A DNA stretch of 64,000 bases from the human T2T-CHM13v2.0 reference genome, Homo sapiens: assembly GCF_009914755.1 (NCBI RefSeq), contig NC_060941.1; one strand, 5' to 3'. This document shows positions 63,401-64,000 of the stretch, in pieces. A model generated the notes under the pieces. That model saw only the letters and a program-made list of their open reading frames with translations. It did no database searches and had not been told where the DNA came from. The first letter of the stretch is position 1. Each line of letters opens with the position of its first letter. The position numbers and the translations under genes are program-made.

Positions 63401-64000
63401 GCTTTTCATAGAGCAGATGAGAAACATGCTTTTCGTAGGGTCTGCAAGTGGACATTTGGAGAGCTTTCAGGCCTGTGGTGGAAAACGAATTATCGTCACG
63501 TAAAAACTAGAGAGAAGCATTGTCAGAAACTTGTTTGTGATGACTGCATTCAACTCACAGAGTTGAAGGTTCCTTTTCAAACAGCAGTTTCCAAACACTC
63601 TTTCTGTGGCATCTGCAAGTGGATGTTTGGGCCTCTTTGAAGATTTCGTTGGAAACGGGATAATCTTCACAGAAAAGCTAAACAGAAGCATGCTCAGAAA
63701 CTTCTTTGTGATGTTTGCTTTCAACTCACAGAGTTGAACTTTCCTTTTGAGAGAGAAGCTTTGAAACACTCTTTTTCTAGAATCTGCAAGTGGATATTTG
63801 GAGGGCTTTGAGGCCTGAGGTGGAACAGGAATTATCTTCCCGTAAGAACTAGATAGATGCATTCTCAGAAACTACTTTGTGACGATTGCATTCAAGTCAC
63901 AGAGGTGAACATTCCCTTTCAGAGAGCACTTTGGAAACTCTCGTTGTGTAGAATCTGCAAGTGGAGATATGGACCGCTTTGAGGCCTATGGTAGTAAAGG

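Larger units (their letters stand above)
1..64000 (+). repeat. Alpha-satellite (alphoid) higher-order repeat array, centromeric; ~171-bp monomers in a 14-mer, 2379-bp HOR
   Basis: Alphoid motifs (CATTCTCAGAAACT, TTCAACTCACAGAGTTGAAC, GAATCTGCAAGTGGATATTTGG) recur every 167-171 bp. The ORF track repeats with an exact 2379-bp period (e.g. 414, 2793, 5172 ...), with near-identical sequence between units. Confidence 0.99.

Noticed and set aside
18-63862. About 190 ORFs of 62-146 aa on both strands, recurring in each unit
   Set aside because: They are translations of satellite monomers. They overlap on opposite strands, many rely on non-ATG starts, they gain or lose stops freely between copies, and they resemble no real protein family.
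1-64000. CRISPR-like appearance (short conserved motifs at regular spacing)
   Set aside because: The intervening sequence is not unique spacers but repeats exactly every 2379 bp. There are no cas genes and the motifs are alphoid.

Overview
The whole 64-kb window is primate (most likely human) centromeric alpha-satellite DNA. It consists of head-to-tail ~171-bp monomers organised as a 14-monomer, 2379-bp higher-order repeat (HOR), with 26 complete units plus a partial one, all in one orientation. I saw no genes, transposon insertions or inversions. Pentamer-derived monomer order and 2379-bp length fit suprachromosomal family 3, most plausibly chromosome 17 D17Z1-B or its sister D17Z1-C (recalled, not database-checked). 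A typical HOR carries 6 intact CENP-B box cores and 2 degenerate ones. All listed ORFs are by-products of the repeat. The notable feature is at 19-25 kb, where a private HOR sub-lineage carries a templated (reverse-complement) micro-insertion that creates a perfect 13-bp hairpin. About 22 bp downstream of one hairpin copy is the junction of a 1191-bp (7-monomer) tandem duplication, joined through a 33-bp identity between two paralogous monomers. The same lineage has lost one CENP-B box and lies at the boundary between two HOR haplotype domains. Elsewhere, SNV patterns record 1-, 2- and 4-HOR duplications and probable conversion events. I found no protein- or RNA-coding novel system. Unit starts used below (phase = position 1): U1 1, U2 2380, U3 4759, U4 7138, U5 9517, U6 11896, U7 14275, U8 16654, U9 19033, U10 21416 (3574 bp, 21-mer), U11 24990, then every 2379 bp to U27 63054 (partial).
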